A DNA stretch of 63,319 nucleotides, the filler included, from Chiloscyllium plagiosum (taxonomy: Eukaryota), in assembly GCF_004010195.1 (NCBI RefSeq). It is 4 parts of one record of this genome, joined end to end, with 100 filler letters (N's around TTAATTAATTAA, not from the genome) between each part and the next. Parts side by side here need not be neighbours in the genome. Positions count along the whole stretch, not along the records: positions 23,710 to 37,055 come from NC_057717.1; 3 more parts are not named here. One strand, 5' to 3'. The notes below the pieces were generated by a model, which made no database searches, had not been told where the DNA came from, and saw only the letters and a list, made by a program, of their open reading frames with translations. The position numbers were made by a program, and so were the translations under genes. Positions 23,710 to 37,155 of the stretch are shown here, one piece after another. Position 1 is the stretch's first letter; every line of letters starts with the position of its first letter.

Positions 23710-26700
23710 AGGTGGAGGGAGAGCACACAGAACTCATGCTACACATCGGTACCAATAACATGGACAGAGAAAAGGAAGAGGACCTGTGAATAAAAAATTA
23801 GGGGGTTAGGTTGGAAGGTAGAAATCAAGAAGATTTAGGCAGTTATATCAGGATTGCAGCCGGTGCCACATGATAGTGAGGCTACCAACAGATACAGTGT
23901 CAGATGAGCAGGTGACTGCAGGGCTATTGTAAGAAGGAGGGTTTCAGAACGTTGTTCGTTTGGATACCTTCTGGTAAAGGTGTGTCCTGTTCAAGAACGA
24001 TAGGGTGCACTGAACTGGAGAGGCACCACTATTCAGCCAGATGTTTGCCAGCGTATAAACTAGATTGTCTGGGGTTAGTGGGAGCCTGACCGACTGGTTT
24101 GATGATGGAGTGCGTAGTAAACAGCCTGATACAGTGTGCAGAGAGTCTATGAGACGTGATATGCACTTGATAGGGCAAAAGTGCAGTCGGTGTGATGGTT
24201 GAAAGTATGTCGATTTTAATGCAAAATGTATCAGGAAGAAGGATACATGAAGTCAGGCCATTACTGAATCTTGGATATCACAGGAGCAGGAATGCCTGTT
24301 GGATGTTCCCCCAATTACTTTTTTCAAAATAAATGTGGGTTGGGTAAAGGAGATAGAGCGGAGCAGTTCTAATCAGTGATAGTATCACAGCTGCAGAAAG
24401 GGAGGTCGTCGAGTAGGATTTGTCTGCAGAATCGGTACGGTTGGAACTCAGAAACAGCAAAGGAGCAGTCACTTTATTGGGGGTTTCTGCAGGCCATGCA
24501 ATGGTAGCAAGGACACCGAGGAGCAGTCTGGTTGGTAGATTTAGGAAATGTGCAGAAGTAACAAGACTGACCTTCTCGGAGACATTAGCTTCCTTAATAT
24601 TGACTGGAATCTACTTAGCTAAAATAGCTTGGATGAAGCAGTTTTTACCAGATGTATCCAAGAAATGTTTCTGCCGCAAGATGTAGATAGATCGATTAGA
24701 ATGGAGGCGAAATTGAATGTGGTGCTTGGCAATGAACCATGCTTGGTATCAGATCACTTGGTGGAAGAACATTTCAGTAATAGAAATCACAATTCTATGA
24801 CCTTTACTGTACACATGGAGAATGATAGGAGCACACGGTATGGGAACATATTTATTTCGGAGACAAAGGATTGCAATGCTCTACAGCAGGAACTGGAGTG
24901 CATAATGTCGGTTCGTAGGTTCTCATGGAAATGCAAAAAAAATGTAAAGGTTGTTTGCGAAACACCTGCTGATGATGCAGAACAGGTTTATCTCACTGAG
25001 GCAGGAACGGGATGGTAGATTGAAAGAACCATAGAATAGAATAGAACCCCTACAAACAGGCCATTTGGTCCAACAAGTCCACATAGAAGATTAGGCGAAA
25101 AGTGAGGACTGCTGATGCTAGAAATCAGAGTTTAGTTTAGAGTGGTGCTGAAAAAGCACAGCAGGTCAGGAAGCATCCGAGGAGAAGGAAAATCAGCGTT
25201 TCTGGAAAAAGCCGTTCCTACCGATTCTGCCTTCACATAGAAGAGTACTCCACACAGACGCATTTCCTACCATATCAATGTACATTTAAACTTGACTAAT
25301 ACATCTAACCTACACTATAGGCAATTTAACATGACCAACTAAACTTATCTGCATATCATTGGATTGTGGGAGGAAACGGTAGCACCCGGAGAAAACCCAC
25401 ACAGACACGAGGAGAAAATGTAATCTCCACACATACAGTTTCCCAATGCTGGGATTAAACCCGGGTCCTTGGGGCTGTGAGGCAGCAGCGCTAGCCACAA
25501 GCCACCATGCCGCCCTTCAGTAACAAAGGATGCAGAATATCTCGTCTAAAGGAAGAAGGCAACTTACTTCAGGTTGAGGAGGGAAGGATGAGATAGGGCT
25601 TTCGAGGCATAAACAGGGAACCAGAAAGGAACCGATGAATGGACTTGGCAGAACTTGAAGGGGACATGAGAATGCTTTAGTGGGTAGGACTAAGGGTTCA
25701 CCCTAAGACATTCTCCAGTTATTTGAAGAACAAGAGAATGGCTAGCGTGAGGGTAGCGGCGATCATGGATAGCGGAGGGAACCTCCGCCTCGATTTAGAG
25801 GAAATTGTTGAGGTCCGTACTGAATACCTTGCTTCAGTATACACTGCTGAGAAGCAACTTGACGTTTCTCAAGACGGCGTGAAACGCACTGATATGCTGG
25901 AAAAGATCAATCTTAGGAAGGAGGATATGCTGAAAATTTTGGAAAACATCAGGATAGATAAATCCCATCGTCCTTCGGTACTAGAGAAATTGAGGGAAGA
26001 GACTCCTACACCGTTGGCTGTGATCTTTGCGTCCTCACTGTCCACTAGAATAGTTCCAGATGATTGGAGGGTGAAAAATGTTGTTTTCTTTTCCAAAAAG
26101 GAAATAGGGATAATCCTGGAAGTTACAGGCCAGTTAATCTTACGCCCGTGCTGGGATTAGGGATTGAAGAGATTTATGAGAGGCATGTTAATGATTACTT
26201 GAAAAATCGTAGATTGGCTAAAGATAGTCACAAAAGGATTTTTGAGAGGCAGATAATGCCTCACAAAGCATTTTCAATTCTTTAAGGACGTGACAAAAGA
26301 TGTTGATAAAGTTACAGCAGTTGATGTCGTGTGCATCGATTTTCACAAGGCATTTGATAGGTTTTCCCATAGTAGACTTATGCAAATTTTAAAGAAGCGT
26401 GGGATACAGAGAAAGCAGTCTGCCTTCATACAGAATTGGCTGATCCTTAGAAGATAAGGGGGGTCGCCGATGCAAGGTCATCAGTCTGGTGTTGTTTGAA
26501 CAGTGGTGTTTTCCAGGGATCGATTTTGGGTCATCTGCTCTTTGTGACTTTTATAAATGACTTGGATGAGGAATGGAAGAGTGGGTTAGTTAGTTTCCCG
26601 ATGACACAAAGGTTGGTGCAGGTGTGGATAGTGGAGTAGGCTATAATAGATTGCAACGAGTTATTGAAAATATGCAGAACTGGGCTGATAAGTGACAGAA

Positions 26701-27480
26701 AAACTTCATCCGGGAAACCTGTGACGTCATTCACGTTGAACGATCGAATTTGAATGCAAAATGCAGGGCTAATGGGAGGATTGTTGTCAGTGTGGAAGAA
26801 CAGAGGGATCTTGGGGATCATGTGCAGACTGATAATGTTGTTAAGACGGCGTATGATGTGTTGGCTTTAATTAAAAGGGGGCCTTCGTTTAAGATCCGCA
26901 AGGGTATGTGACAGCTCGAGAGAGAGTCCTCCTGCGACCACACTTGGAATATTGTTTTTAGTTCTGATCGCCAAATTATAGGAAATATGTGGAAACTTCG
27001 AGACAGTGCGGAGGCGAATTACCAGGATGCTGAGTGGACTGCACGGCATGTGGAATGACGTCAGTTCGTGTGAGTTAGGACTTTTCTCGTTGCAGTGAAT
27101 AAGGATGACGTGTGACTTGATAGCGATGTACAAGATATTGAGAGGCATGCATAGAGACAATAGACTGAGACTTTTTCCCATGGCAAAAATATTTATCACG
27201 AGAGAGAACAATTTTAAGGTAATTGGAGGAAGGTTCAGCGGAGATGTCGGGGTAGGTTCATGACTCAGAATTTTAGGTGCGTGGAATGCATTGACAATAT
27301 TTATAGTACAGTCAGACATATTTGGGACGTTGAAGCGACTCTTGGATAGGCACATGGAACTTATTACAATGAAGATTAAGTAGGTCAGTCTGATCTTAGA
27401 GTAGGATAAGAGGCCAGCACAACATCGAGGGCCGATGGGTCTGTGCTTGATGTACTGTTCTGTGCTCAATTTTCTACGTA
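23710..27480 (+). mobile_element. CR1 LINE (esterase to 3' end), duplicate of 10720-14500, with nested V-SINE at about 25020-25516 (-)
   Basis: HIGTNN esterase motif, ESVRLELRNSKGAVTLLGV, VPDDWRVKNV, KGNRDNPGSYRPVNLT. Confidence 0.88.
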
Positions 27481-28734
27481 CCTAACGAACAGACTGTTGC
27501 GAGACCTTGTAGTTCTGATGTGTGTAACAGCTTGCAAGTAAGTAGACTAACAAAAAGTACCGACTTTTTTGACGATTTCAGGGCAATTCAAGATACACGT
27601 GCAGAAAGAGCATGTTTCAAGTTGTTGCTGTGGAAGTCAAAATTTGCAAGTATATAGACGACACAAAAGAAGATAGCAAACTTGAAGTTTGGAAAGTTCG
27701 TGGGCTCATTCCTTACGTCCTAGGAACGCAACAACTTGGCGTAATCGGCAGGAACACCAAGATGAATGCTGGAACACTGAAGAGATCTTACATTCTTGGA
27801 GCACCTGCTCTTCATTCGTAATAGCGTAAACTCAGACGCATTTCATTTGACAGGATTTGTAACCTATCCGTGATCGCCAATCTGAGCCCACATTACTGAC
27901 ATATATTTATGCTCATCAGAGGAAGTTAATCCTTTGCCCCCATTTCTCAGCAAGGAAGAGAATTTACCCCATCCACCCCCACCCCCACACTGCACGACAA
28001 GTACGACATAAGACGTATTGACGAGTGCAGTATGGCTTGATGTCTATTAACGCAAATCTGTGTTCTGCAGAAAGAGAGAGTCTGATCTCTGACATATGTC
28101 TATTTGTGTACTCCGGCTCCATATCAAATTAAATATCCAGAAATAATGTCTAACTCCGACACACAGTGGAAGAACGACAGACTCCGCTGATATTTCTGTC
28201 GATACCGTTCTTTAAAAATTAAAAGAACACATTGAACAACAGGTTGATCTCTCGAGAACTTTGTCAAAATTCTGTCAGAGGAATAGAGCCTTCTGGGGCA
28301 ATGGTCCTTGGATTATACGGAACGTTTTAAGGCAAACCCATCTGATTAAAGATTTCAAAATCTATTTCGCTGGTCTTTGTATGTAAAGCAACCAATTAGT
28401 CAGCAATACGAAATCATCGCCAAATCAACACATCATCCGGAAATTAATCATAAGGAACAATTAAAAGCTGTTTATGAAACATGTCAAACGCAAAGCAAAA
28501 AATGTCTGAAAAGGAGAAAGTTGCTGAATTGAAAAACTACCCCCCCCCCCCCCCCCCCACCCACCAAATCCGCGCACTCCCCTATCTAGCGTCTCTGGGA
28601 CACTCCAAGACCTGTGTAAAGTGCATGCTCTGGGAAATGAGGGCAAAAATACCTGGTCCCAGCTTCAGTTTCGTGAAAGTGAAGTTTGGCAGAGTTAATA
28701 ATCTTATAGTTTTCTTTTGATAACATTTCTGTCC

Positions 28735-30915
28735 TTAGTGAACTGCTTGATCAAAATCGTGACCAAAGTACTGGGTCTGTACCTGGAAAGATAAGTAAAG
28801 TCTTATAGGTCTCTTGACATTTCGTGGAGCCACAGGGGATAGGGGAGATACTACACGAGTATTTTGCATCACTGCTTGCTGTGGAAAAGGACATGGAAGA
28901 TATAGAATGCAGGGAAAAAATGGTGACATCTTGAAAAATGTCCATATTAAATAGGGGGAACTGTTGGATGTGTTGAAACGCATGTGTTGGGCGGCACGGT
29001 GGCACAGATGGGCGGCACGGTGGCACAGTGGGCGGCACGGTGGGCCAGTGGTTAGCACTGCTGCCTCACAGCGCCAGAGACCCGGGTTCAACTCTCGCAT
29101 CAGGCGACTGACTGTGTGGAGTTTGCACATTCTCCCCGTGTCTGCGTGGGTTTCCTCCGGGTGCTCCGGTTTCCTCCCACAATCCAAAGATGTGCACGTT
29201 AGGTGAATTGGCCATGCTAAATTGCCCGTAGTGTTAGGTGAAAGGGTAAATGTAGGAGTATGGGTCTGGGTGGTATACGCTTCGGCGGGTCGGTGTGGAC
29301 TTGTTGGGCCGAAGGGCCTGTTTCCACACTGTAAGTAATCTAATCTAATCCAATCTAATCTAAATGTGGATAAATCCTCAGGAGCTGATCAGGTGTACCC
29401 TAGAACTCTGTGGGAAGCTAGGGAAGTGATTGCTGGGTCTGTTCCTGAGATATTTCCATCATCGATAGTCACAGGTGAGGTGCTGGAGACTGGAGGTCGG
29501 CTAACGTGTTGCCACTGTTGACGAAAAATGTTAAGGATAAGCCAGAGATCTATAGACCAGTGAGCCTGTCGTCGGTGGTGGAAAAGTTGTTTGGAGGGAA
29601 CCCTGAAGGACTGACTTATTAGGAAAGGCAAAAAACTGATTAGGGATCGTCAACATGGCTTTGTGCGGGGGAAATCATATATCACAAACTTGATTGAGTT
29701 TATTGAAGAAGTAACAAAGAGGATTGATGATGTCAGATCGGTAGATGTATTCTTTGTTTAATTCAGGAAGGTATTCAACAGGGTTCCTCATAGGACGCTG
29801 GTTATCAAGGTTAGGTCTCATGGAATACAAGGACAACTAGCCATTTTGATGCAGAACAGGCTCAAATTTAGAAGACAGATGATGGTGCTGGATGGTTGCT
29901 TTACAGACTGGAGATCTGTCACCGCTGCAGTGACATAAGGATCGGTACTGGGTCCACTCCTTTTCTTCATTCAGATAAATGATTTGGATGTGAGCATGAG
30001 AGGTATAGTTAGCAAGTTTGCAGATAACACCAAAATTGGAGTGCAGTTAACAGCGAAGAAGGTTACCTCGGATTACAACGAGACCAGGATGAGACGGACC
30101 AATGGGCTGAGAAGTGGCATATGGAGTTTAATTCAGATAAATGCGAGGTGCTGCATTTTGGAAAGAAAATCTTAGAATGACTTATACACATAATAGTCAG
30201 GTTCTAGGAAGTGTTACTGAACAATGAGATGTTGGAGTGCATGTTCAAAGCTCCTTGAAATTAGAGTCGCAGGTAGATAGGACAGTGAAGAAGGCTTTTG
30301 GTCTGCTTTTCATTATTGGTCAGAATATTGAGTACAGCAGTTGGGAAGACATGATGCGGCTGCAGAAGAATTGGTTAGGCCATTTTTGGAATATTGCGGA
30401 CAATTCTGCTCTCCATTCTCTCTGAAAGATGATTCGAAATTTGTAAGGGTTCAGAAAGAAAATACGACTGTTTTGCAATTGTTGGAGGATTTGAGGTATA
30501 TCGAGAGGCTGAACAGGCGTGGGTCTGTTTTCCCTGGAGTGTCAGAGCGGTGACATTAAAGAGGTGTATGAAATCATGAGGGGCGTAAATATGATAAACA
30601 GACAAAGTATTTTCCCTAGGGCGGAGGAGTCCAGACCTAGATCGCATAATTTTAGGGTGAGAGGGGGAAGATATAAAAAAGACCGAAGGAGCAATTTTTT
30701 CACACAGAGGGTAGTACGTGCATGGAATGAGCTGCCAGAGGAAGTAGTGCAGGCTTGTACAATTGCAACATGTTAAAGGCATCTGGACGGATACTCGAAT
30801 AGGAAGGGTTTGGAGTGATATGGCAGGTGGGACAAGATTGGAATGGGATGTCTGGTCGGCATGGACTCTTTGGACTGAATGATCTGCTTCCGTGCAGTAC
30901 ATCTGTATGACTTTA
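28735..30915 (+). mobile_element. CR1 LINE fragment, duplicate of 5640-7810
   Basis: SKFADNTKIG and FFTQRVVRAWNELP. Confidence 0.9.
28988..29362 (+). mobile_element. HE1-like V-SINE with triplicated 5' head
   Basis: Three tandem GGGCGGCACGGTGG..CAG(A)T heads, then tRNA-like region, V-domain and (AATCT)n tail. Confidence 0.92.
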
Positions 30916-31326
30916 AGGTCAGACGTGAGTCTTGGCATAACAATTTAATTGTGCAAAACTGAGTGCTGAATCAGAAGTAACAAATATGAGCGAATACGTG
31001 GTAAAAACAAAATGCGCTGGAGAATGGGACAGAGGCATGTACACCGACTTGACAAATTGATTAGTGTGGCTTGGAGGAGTGCAAAAGCTCGGTTTAGATG
31101 ATAAGACATTAACCATGACCCATAGAGAAACTGACTTTGCAACAGTGACAGTGATCTGGAGTGGAAGTGCACAACATTAATGACCGCACAGATAACTCAA
31201 AAAATTAACGGGGAGTTTTGTGTCCATGTATAATGTCAATGAGAATCCAGCGACCGAACTTGCAGCTTTACAGCAGTTATTACAATTGTCCAAGATGAGA
31301 AGGCTGATTGTATTATTTTATATTAT

Positions 31327-32805
31327 TACAAAGAACAAAGAACAAAGAAAATTTACAGCCAGGAACAGCCTTCTGCCCTCCAAGCCTGAGCCGATCAAAA
31401 TCCACTGTGACAAGCTATCACCTAATCCCTCAGCATCTATATCGCTCACCTCCCCACCTTCTCATGCATCTGCCTAGACGCATTTTAAATGAAACTACTG
31501 TGCCTGCCTCTTCTACCACTGCTGGCAACGCGTTCCAGGCACCTACCATCCTCTGTGTAAAAAACTTGCCACGTTTAACCCCGGTGAACTTTTCACCTCT
31601 CATCTTGAAAGCGTGGCCTCTCGTTATTGAATCCCTTATCCTGGGAAAAAGCTTTTCTCTATTCACTCTGTCGATACACTTCATGACTTTCTAGATCTCA
31701 GTCAGATTCGACCCACAATCTGCTTTTTGCTAATGAAAATATTCCTAGCCTACTCAACATCTCTTCATAGCTTGCACGTCCCATGCCAGGCAACATCCTC
31801 GTGAACCTTCTCTGCATCCTTATCAAAGTGTCCATATCCTTTTGGTAATGTGACGACCAGAACTGTACACAGTATTGTAAATGCGGCCGAACGAGAGTCT
31901 TGAACAATTTGAACATGACTTGTTGGGTCTTATACTCAATACCCCGTCCGATGACTGGAAGCATACCATATGCCTTCTTGAACACTCTATCCATCTGCGC
32001 CTCCGCCTTCAGGGTATAATAGATCTGAACTACCACATATCAAATCACATTTGCCCATGCCTCATCCATTAACAATATAGATTGCTCCAGGGCTAGACTT
32101 GCCAAAATGCATCACTTCACATTTGCATAGATTGAACCCCATCTGCTACTTCTCCATCCAACTCTCAAGTCTATCTATATTCTCCCGTATTCTCTAACAG
32201 TCCGCTTTGCTTTCTGTTATTCCACCAATCTTTGTGTTATCTGCAAACATATTGAGCAGACCAACAATGCTCTCTTCCAGATTGTTTATGTATATGAAAA
32301 ACAACAGTGGCCCCAGCATTGATCCATGTGGAAAGTCACTGGTCACCTTTCTCCATTTTGAGAAACTCCCTTCAACTACTACTCTATGTCTGCTCTTGTT
32401 CAACCAATTCTTTATCCACTTCGCTGGAACAACTTGCACACCATGTGACTTCACTTTCTCCGTTAGCTTACTATGGGGAACCTTATCAAACGCCTTACTA
32501 AAGTCCATCTATAGACATCGACAGCCGTTCCTTCATCTATCAACTTGGTTGCTTCCTCAAAGAATTGTATTAAGTTGGTAAGGCACGATCTTCCCTGCAC
32601 TAAACCATGTTGTCTATCACCAATGAGCCCACTCTTTTCCAAACATAAATTTGTCCCTCAGTACCTTTTCCAGGAGCTTTCCCACCATTGACGTCAGACA
32701 GACTGGTCTGAAGTTACCTGGAATATCCCTGCTGCCCTTCTTGTACAGGGAGATACATTAGCAAACCTCCAGTCGTCTGGCACTTCACCTGTGTATCATG
32801 ATGCT
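31327..32805 (-). mobile_element. CR1 LINE RT 3' portion, duplicate of 3755-5228
   Basis: ORFs 32194-32508, 31698-32036 and 31430-31684 carry RT and C-terminal motifs. Confidence 0.93.
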
Positions 32806-33064
32806 GCAAGATCCTTGTGGCTCTTATTCTGTATCTCTGGTTTCCTTGCTTACATGATGTATTCAGCAAATGCTGAAGTCAAAGTTTGGTATTTCACTGG
32901 TCTTTAACACACCAGGCCACCTAACTCTTATTAGCTTCGCACGGACGTTGAAAATGGTGTAATTAAGCTGCAGCATCACAAGGGTTAAAGTTGCAAATAG
33001 TATTGCAAAGAACTGACTTGTAAATGCGATTAAAGTTGATTCGAAGCAAAAACAAACAAAATAA

Positions 33065-33410
33065 AAAAGGCAGGAGACTGCAAGGCCACGGCAGGCCAAA
33101 CAGCATTGTGAGGTGGTGAAATCGACGTTCCAAGTGTACAACTTCTTCTTTCCTTGCTCTATCCTCCACTAGTTTTCCCTCTTTCCGTCTCTCGCACACT
33201 TCCGTTCACTGTCTCTCCCGACCTTAGCAAATCGTCTCCCTCTCCTTTCCCTCCATTCCTTTCTTTCTCTCTCTCTCTCTCTCTCTGACCACTTCACTCT
33301 CCCCAGTCCTGAAGAAGGATTGCATCTGAAACGTATATGTCTCCACGTCCTGATGCTATCTTGCTTGCCGTGTTTATCCAGACTCCTACCTGGCTATTTT
33401 TGAAGCTGAT
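33065..33410. mobile_element. Penelope-type inverted-arm repeat with hammerhead-like core, duplicate of 3130-3490
   Basis: CTGAAGA (33309-33315), stem GGAT/ATCT, GAAACGTA. Decayed inverted arm at 33070-33150; CT-rich spacer. Confidence 0.55.
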
Positions 33411-33784
33411 CCAAAGGAGACAGGGGCATGTGTGACGAATAGACCTTGTGTATTGGATGTCGGTAAGAACCTGCAAGTATATCGACATACAAAAGTATAC
33501 TGATACTTAATGTCTGTTTGCAGGGCGATCAAGTAAAAAAGTTTTAACCAGCGGAAGTATAACTGTTTCTGCGAATATGTCAACGTGCATCTGTGTAATC
33601 TATACAGAGGAAGAAAGAAAACTTGTTATTTGAGAGGATCACAGACTGATTCCTCATTTCTTCGGAACCCAATTTACAGAAACTGTCTGCTCTCCCTGGG
33701 GTGAATGACACACACATACTGGGTTCAATGTGCTTTTCGCAAGGTGAGAAAAATAAACTCAGTGACGTGGGTCTGTTCTCCAAA

Positions 33785-34930
33785 GGGAGACAGAGTGAAG
33801 TTCAGAAGTGAATAAGAGAGACGAGGAGAGAGAGGGGGGGAGAGAGAAAGCGTGAAGAGAGAGAGGGCGACGGGAGTGAGAGGGGGAAACAGACAAAATT
33901 ATGAGTTACTTGGGCGGAGGGGAAGACAGAGTGAGATGGGGAGGGAACCGAATGTGAAAGACAAATAAAAAGATCGGAAAGAGAAGGATGGAGTGAAAAG
34001 CGGAGAGAGGGGGACAGAGAAAGTCAGAGAGAGAGATGGGTTGAGGGACATGGTGCAAGAGAGAGACATTGAGTGTGAGATGGGCAGAGTGATACAGGCA
34101 GACAGAGGGAAAGTAAGAGAGAGAGTGGGGGAGTGATACCGTTGGGGAAAGTGGGGGACAGAGTGAGGGGAGTAAGCGAGAGATGGAAAGAGGGAAAAGG
34201 CAGGGAGAAGAGGAATATAGGATAGAGCAAATGACGATGGGAGCAGTGAGTGAGGGGAGGAAGGAGAGAGAAGGATGAGAAAATAAGACAGATCGTCAGA
34301 GGGAGACAGAGAAGGGGGCAAGAAATAGCGAAAGAGTGGAGTGAGTGGAGGCAGAGAGATTGTGTGGGTAGAGATAAAAAGGCAGGTGACAGAGAGAGAG
34401 TGAACGGAAGAATTGGAGGGAACGGAGAGAGGTGGAGTTAGAGGGAGTGGACAGGAAGAGAGGTAAATGGCGGGAGAGGAGAGGTTATGAGGGAGAGAAG
34501 AGCGAGACAGAGGAAGAAGAAACGGGGCGAGACACAGAGGAACAGAGAGAGCTACAGAGAGACAGGACGAGGTACACATAGAGGAGAGAGGGGGAGGGCG
34601 TACAAAAAGAGGGAGAGTCATTAGAGAGGGGAGACACAACGTGGTAAGGAGAGGAAGGGGAGAAATAGGGACCAGTAGAAGAAGAGTGGTGATACGTGTG
34701 GGGGGAAAGGAGATAGAAGAAGAAAGGGACAGGGTGATAGAGATGGGGAAAGAGATGGGGAAGCGAGGCAGAGGAGGAGAGTGGGAGAGAAAGAGAGAGG
34801 GTTTAACAGCGGGACAGTGTTCAGGGAGAGAGATTTATTTTGAGAGAAAGAACTTGAAGAGAGTTCGAAAGGAAGAGAGAAAAAAATGAAGATCAGAAAG
34901 TGAGAGGAAGAGAAGGGAGCAAGGGGGTGG
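33785..34930. repeat. GA-rich polypurine low-complexity tract (about 1.1 kb)
   Basis: Almost exclusively G/A on the + strand. Confidence 0.9.
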
Positions 34931-34939
34931 TTAGACGAG

Positions 34940-36130
34940 AACGTAGAACATCGAACATTACAGCGTAGTACAGACCTTCGGCCCTCGATGTTGCGCCGAT
35001 CTGTGAAATCGATCTGAAGCCCATCGGATCCACACTATTCCATTAAGAGCCATATAGCTTTCTAATGGCCATTTAAATGCTCTCAATGTTGGCGAATCTC
35101 TTTTTGTTACAGACACGACATTCCACGTCCTAATTACTCTCTGAATAAAGGAACTACCTCTAAGATCTGTCCTCTTTTTATTGCACCTCATTTTAAAGCT
35201 ATGTGCCCTCGTGCTCACCATTAGCATCTGAGAAAAAAGGCTTTCACTTTCCCCATCTCATCAGCTGATCATATTCATCTTGTACATCTCTATTATGCCA
35301 CCTCTTAAACTTCTTCTCCAAAAAATTAGCATCCACGAGTCCCTCAGCTTTTCCTCGTAAGACTTTCCCTCGATACCAAGCAACCTAAGCAATCTCCTCT
35401 GAAAACTCCCCAAAGGTTCCACATCCTTGGTACAATGTGGTAACCAGAACTGTACACAATACTGAAATTGCGGCCGTGCCAGACTTTTGTACAGCTACAA
35501 CATGACGTCATGGCTCTGAAGCTCAACTCTCTACAAATGAAAGTTAACGCACCGTATGATTTCATAAACCCTATCCAACTGGATGGCAACTTTCAGTGAT
35601 CTATGTACATGGATACCGAGATCTCCTTCTTCATCTGCACTGCCAAGAGTCTTACCGGAAGCGCAGTATACTTTATTCCTGTGGCTCCTTCAAATTAAAT
35701 CACCTCACATTTTTCTTCATTAAACTTCATTTCCCAACTACCAACCCAGCTCTTCAACCTATTTATGTACTCTGTTTAACGCAACATCTTTTGCCACTAT
35801 CCACAAATCTGCCGATTTTTGTGTCATCTGCAAACTTACTCACACACCCTGTCCCGCTCTTATCCATTTCATTAATAACAAATGAAAAAATAACTTCACT
35901 GGACACAAAGCATGTCCTTACCGTACGCCAAGAGTAATTGAAATGCAGTATGAACATTTCCGATCAATCACCAAGTTCTGTCTTCTTTCAGATAGCCAAT
36001 TTCTGATCCAAATCGCAATTTCCCATGCCTCTGCGTTTTGTCTAATAGCCTATCGTGGAGAACCTTATCAAACGCCTTACTGAAATCCATTTCAACCAAA
36101 TCAACTGCTTTAACATGATCACCCTGTTTG
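34940..36130 (-). mobile_element. CR1 LINE fragment, duplicate of 700-1875
   Basis: SKFADDTKIG and MDFSKAFDKV. Confidence 0.88.
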
Positions 36131-36159
36131 GTCACCTAATCTAAGAACTCAATAAAGTT

Positions 36160-37055
36160 CTGTCACCGTCAACCTGACGCTCCTACACTCATTCTGTCAC
36201 CATAACCCTGAATCCTTCGCACTCACACCTCGCACCATCATTGTCACCACAATTCCTTCACAAAAGAACTGTAACTCTGACCAACTCACTGTCACCCTGT
36301 TCCCATCACACTCACAACGTCACCACCATACTGGCCGAATCACACTCACTATGTCAATGTCACGCTTAACCACTCACACTCCATCCATCATATTCACCCA
36401 TAACACCTTGCATTCAGACTGTCATTGTCACGTTGGACTCCTCACACTCATTACATCACCGTTACATGACACACTCACACGTCGTGAACGCCACACAGAA
36501 CCCCTCACACTCACTCTGTCACCATTACCCTGTACTCCTCACAATCACTTGGTCCCCATCACCCTATACCACTCACTGTCACGCCATCACCATCATTATG
36601 ACCCTCTCACAATTACTCCACCACCATCACCCTGGTCCCCTCACGCTCACTCCATCACTGTCACTCTGACAACATCGTACTCAATCTGTCACCGCCACCC
36701 TGACCCCTCGCATTCACTCTGTCACCATCACCCTGAACCCCTCTACTCACTCTGTCGACAACACCCTTACACCGACAAAATCACTCCGTCACTCTCACGC
36801 TGAGACGCTCACAATCCTCTATCACCATTACCATGAACCTCTCACGCTCACCCTGTCACTGTTACTTTAACCCCCTCACGCACTACATCACTGATCACCA
36901 CACCCCACAACTTCACTCCATCACCATCAACCTGATCACCTCACACCTACTACTCCATCACCATTAGACTGAGCTCCTCACACTCACCCCGTCACCGCTA
37001 CACTGACCCATTCACTCTCAGTCCGTGCCTGACACCTTTATTCCATCTCACTCGC
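36160..37055 (+). repeat. 34-bp C/A-rich satellite
   Basis: Same units as 38430-46090. Confidence 0.85.
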
Positions 37056-37155
37056 NNNNNNNNNNNNNNNNNNNNNNNNNNNNNNNNNNNNNNNNNNNNT
37101 TAATTAATTAANNNNNNNNNNNNNNNNNNNNNNNNNNNNNNNNNNNNNNNNNNNN
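37056..37155. other. Artificial scaffold linker (44N-TTAATTAATTAA-44N)
   Basis: Same structure as 23610-23709. Confidence 0.97.

Larger units (their letters stand above)
23710..36829. repeat. Right arm of inverted segmental duplication (partner 1-14500)
   Basis: Begins AGGTGGAGGGAGAG, the reverse complement of 14487-14500, and ends ATCACCATT, the reverse complement of 1-9. Lacks the counterpart of 7883-9532. Confidence 0.95.

Noticed and set aside
27612..27821. 69-aa ORF conserved in both arms (also 10378-10587)
   Set aside because: Conservation is explained by the recent duplication; CKYIDDTK may be a decayed LINE SKFADDTK motif.
29030..29105. tRNA-like sequence with A/B boxes (also about 7450-7520, 52110-52181 and 62905-62950)
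   Set aside because: These are SINE heads continuing into the V-domain and LINE-derived tail, not tRNA genes.
33382..33633. Two apparent in-phase exons (DSYLAIFEAD..VLDV / GRSSKKVLTSG..)
   Set aside because: The acceptor and exon start appear to derive from the Penelope-type repeat arm, the intron is only about 60 nt, and no protein is recognisable.
33899..34639. 246-aa ORF, the longest in the track
   Set aside because: Leu/Ser/Pro low-complexity reading of a polypyrimidine strand.
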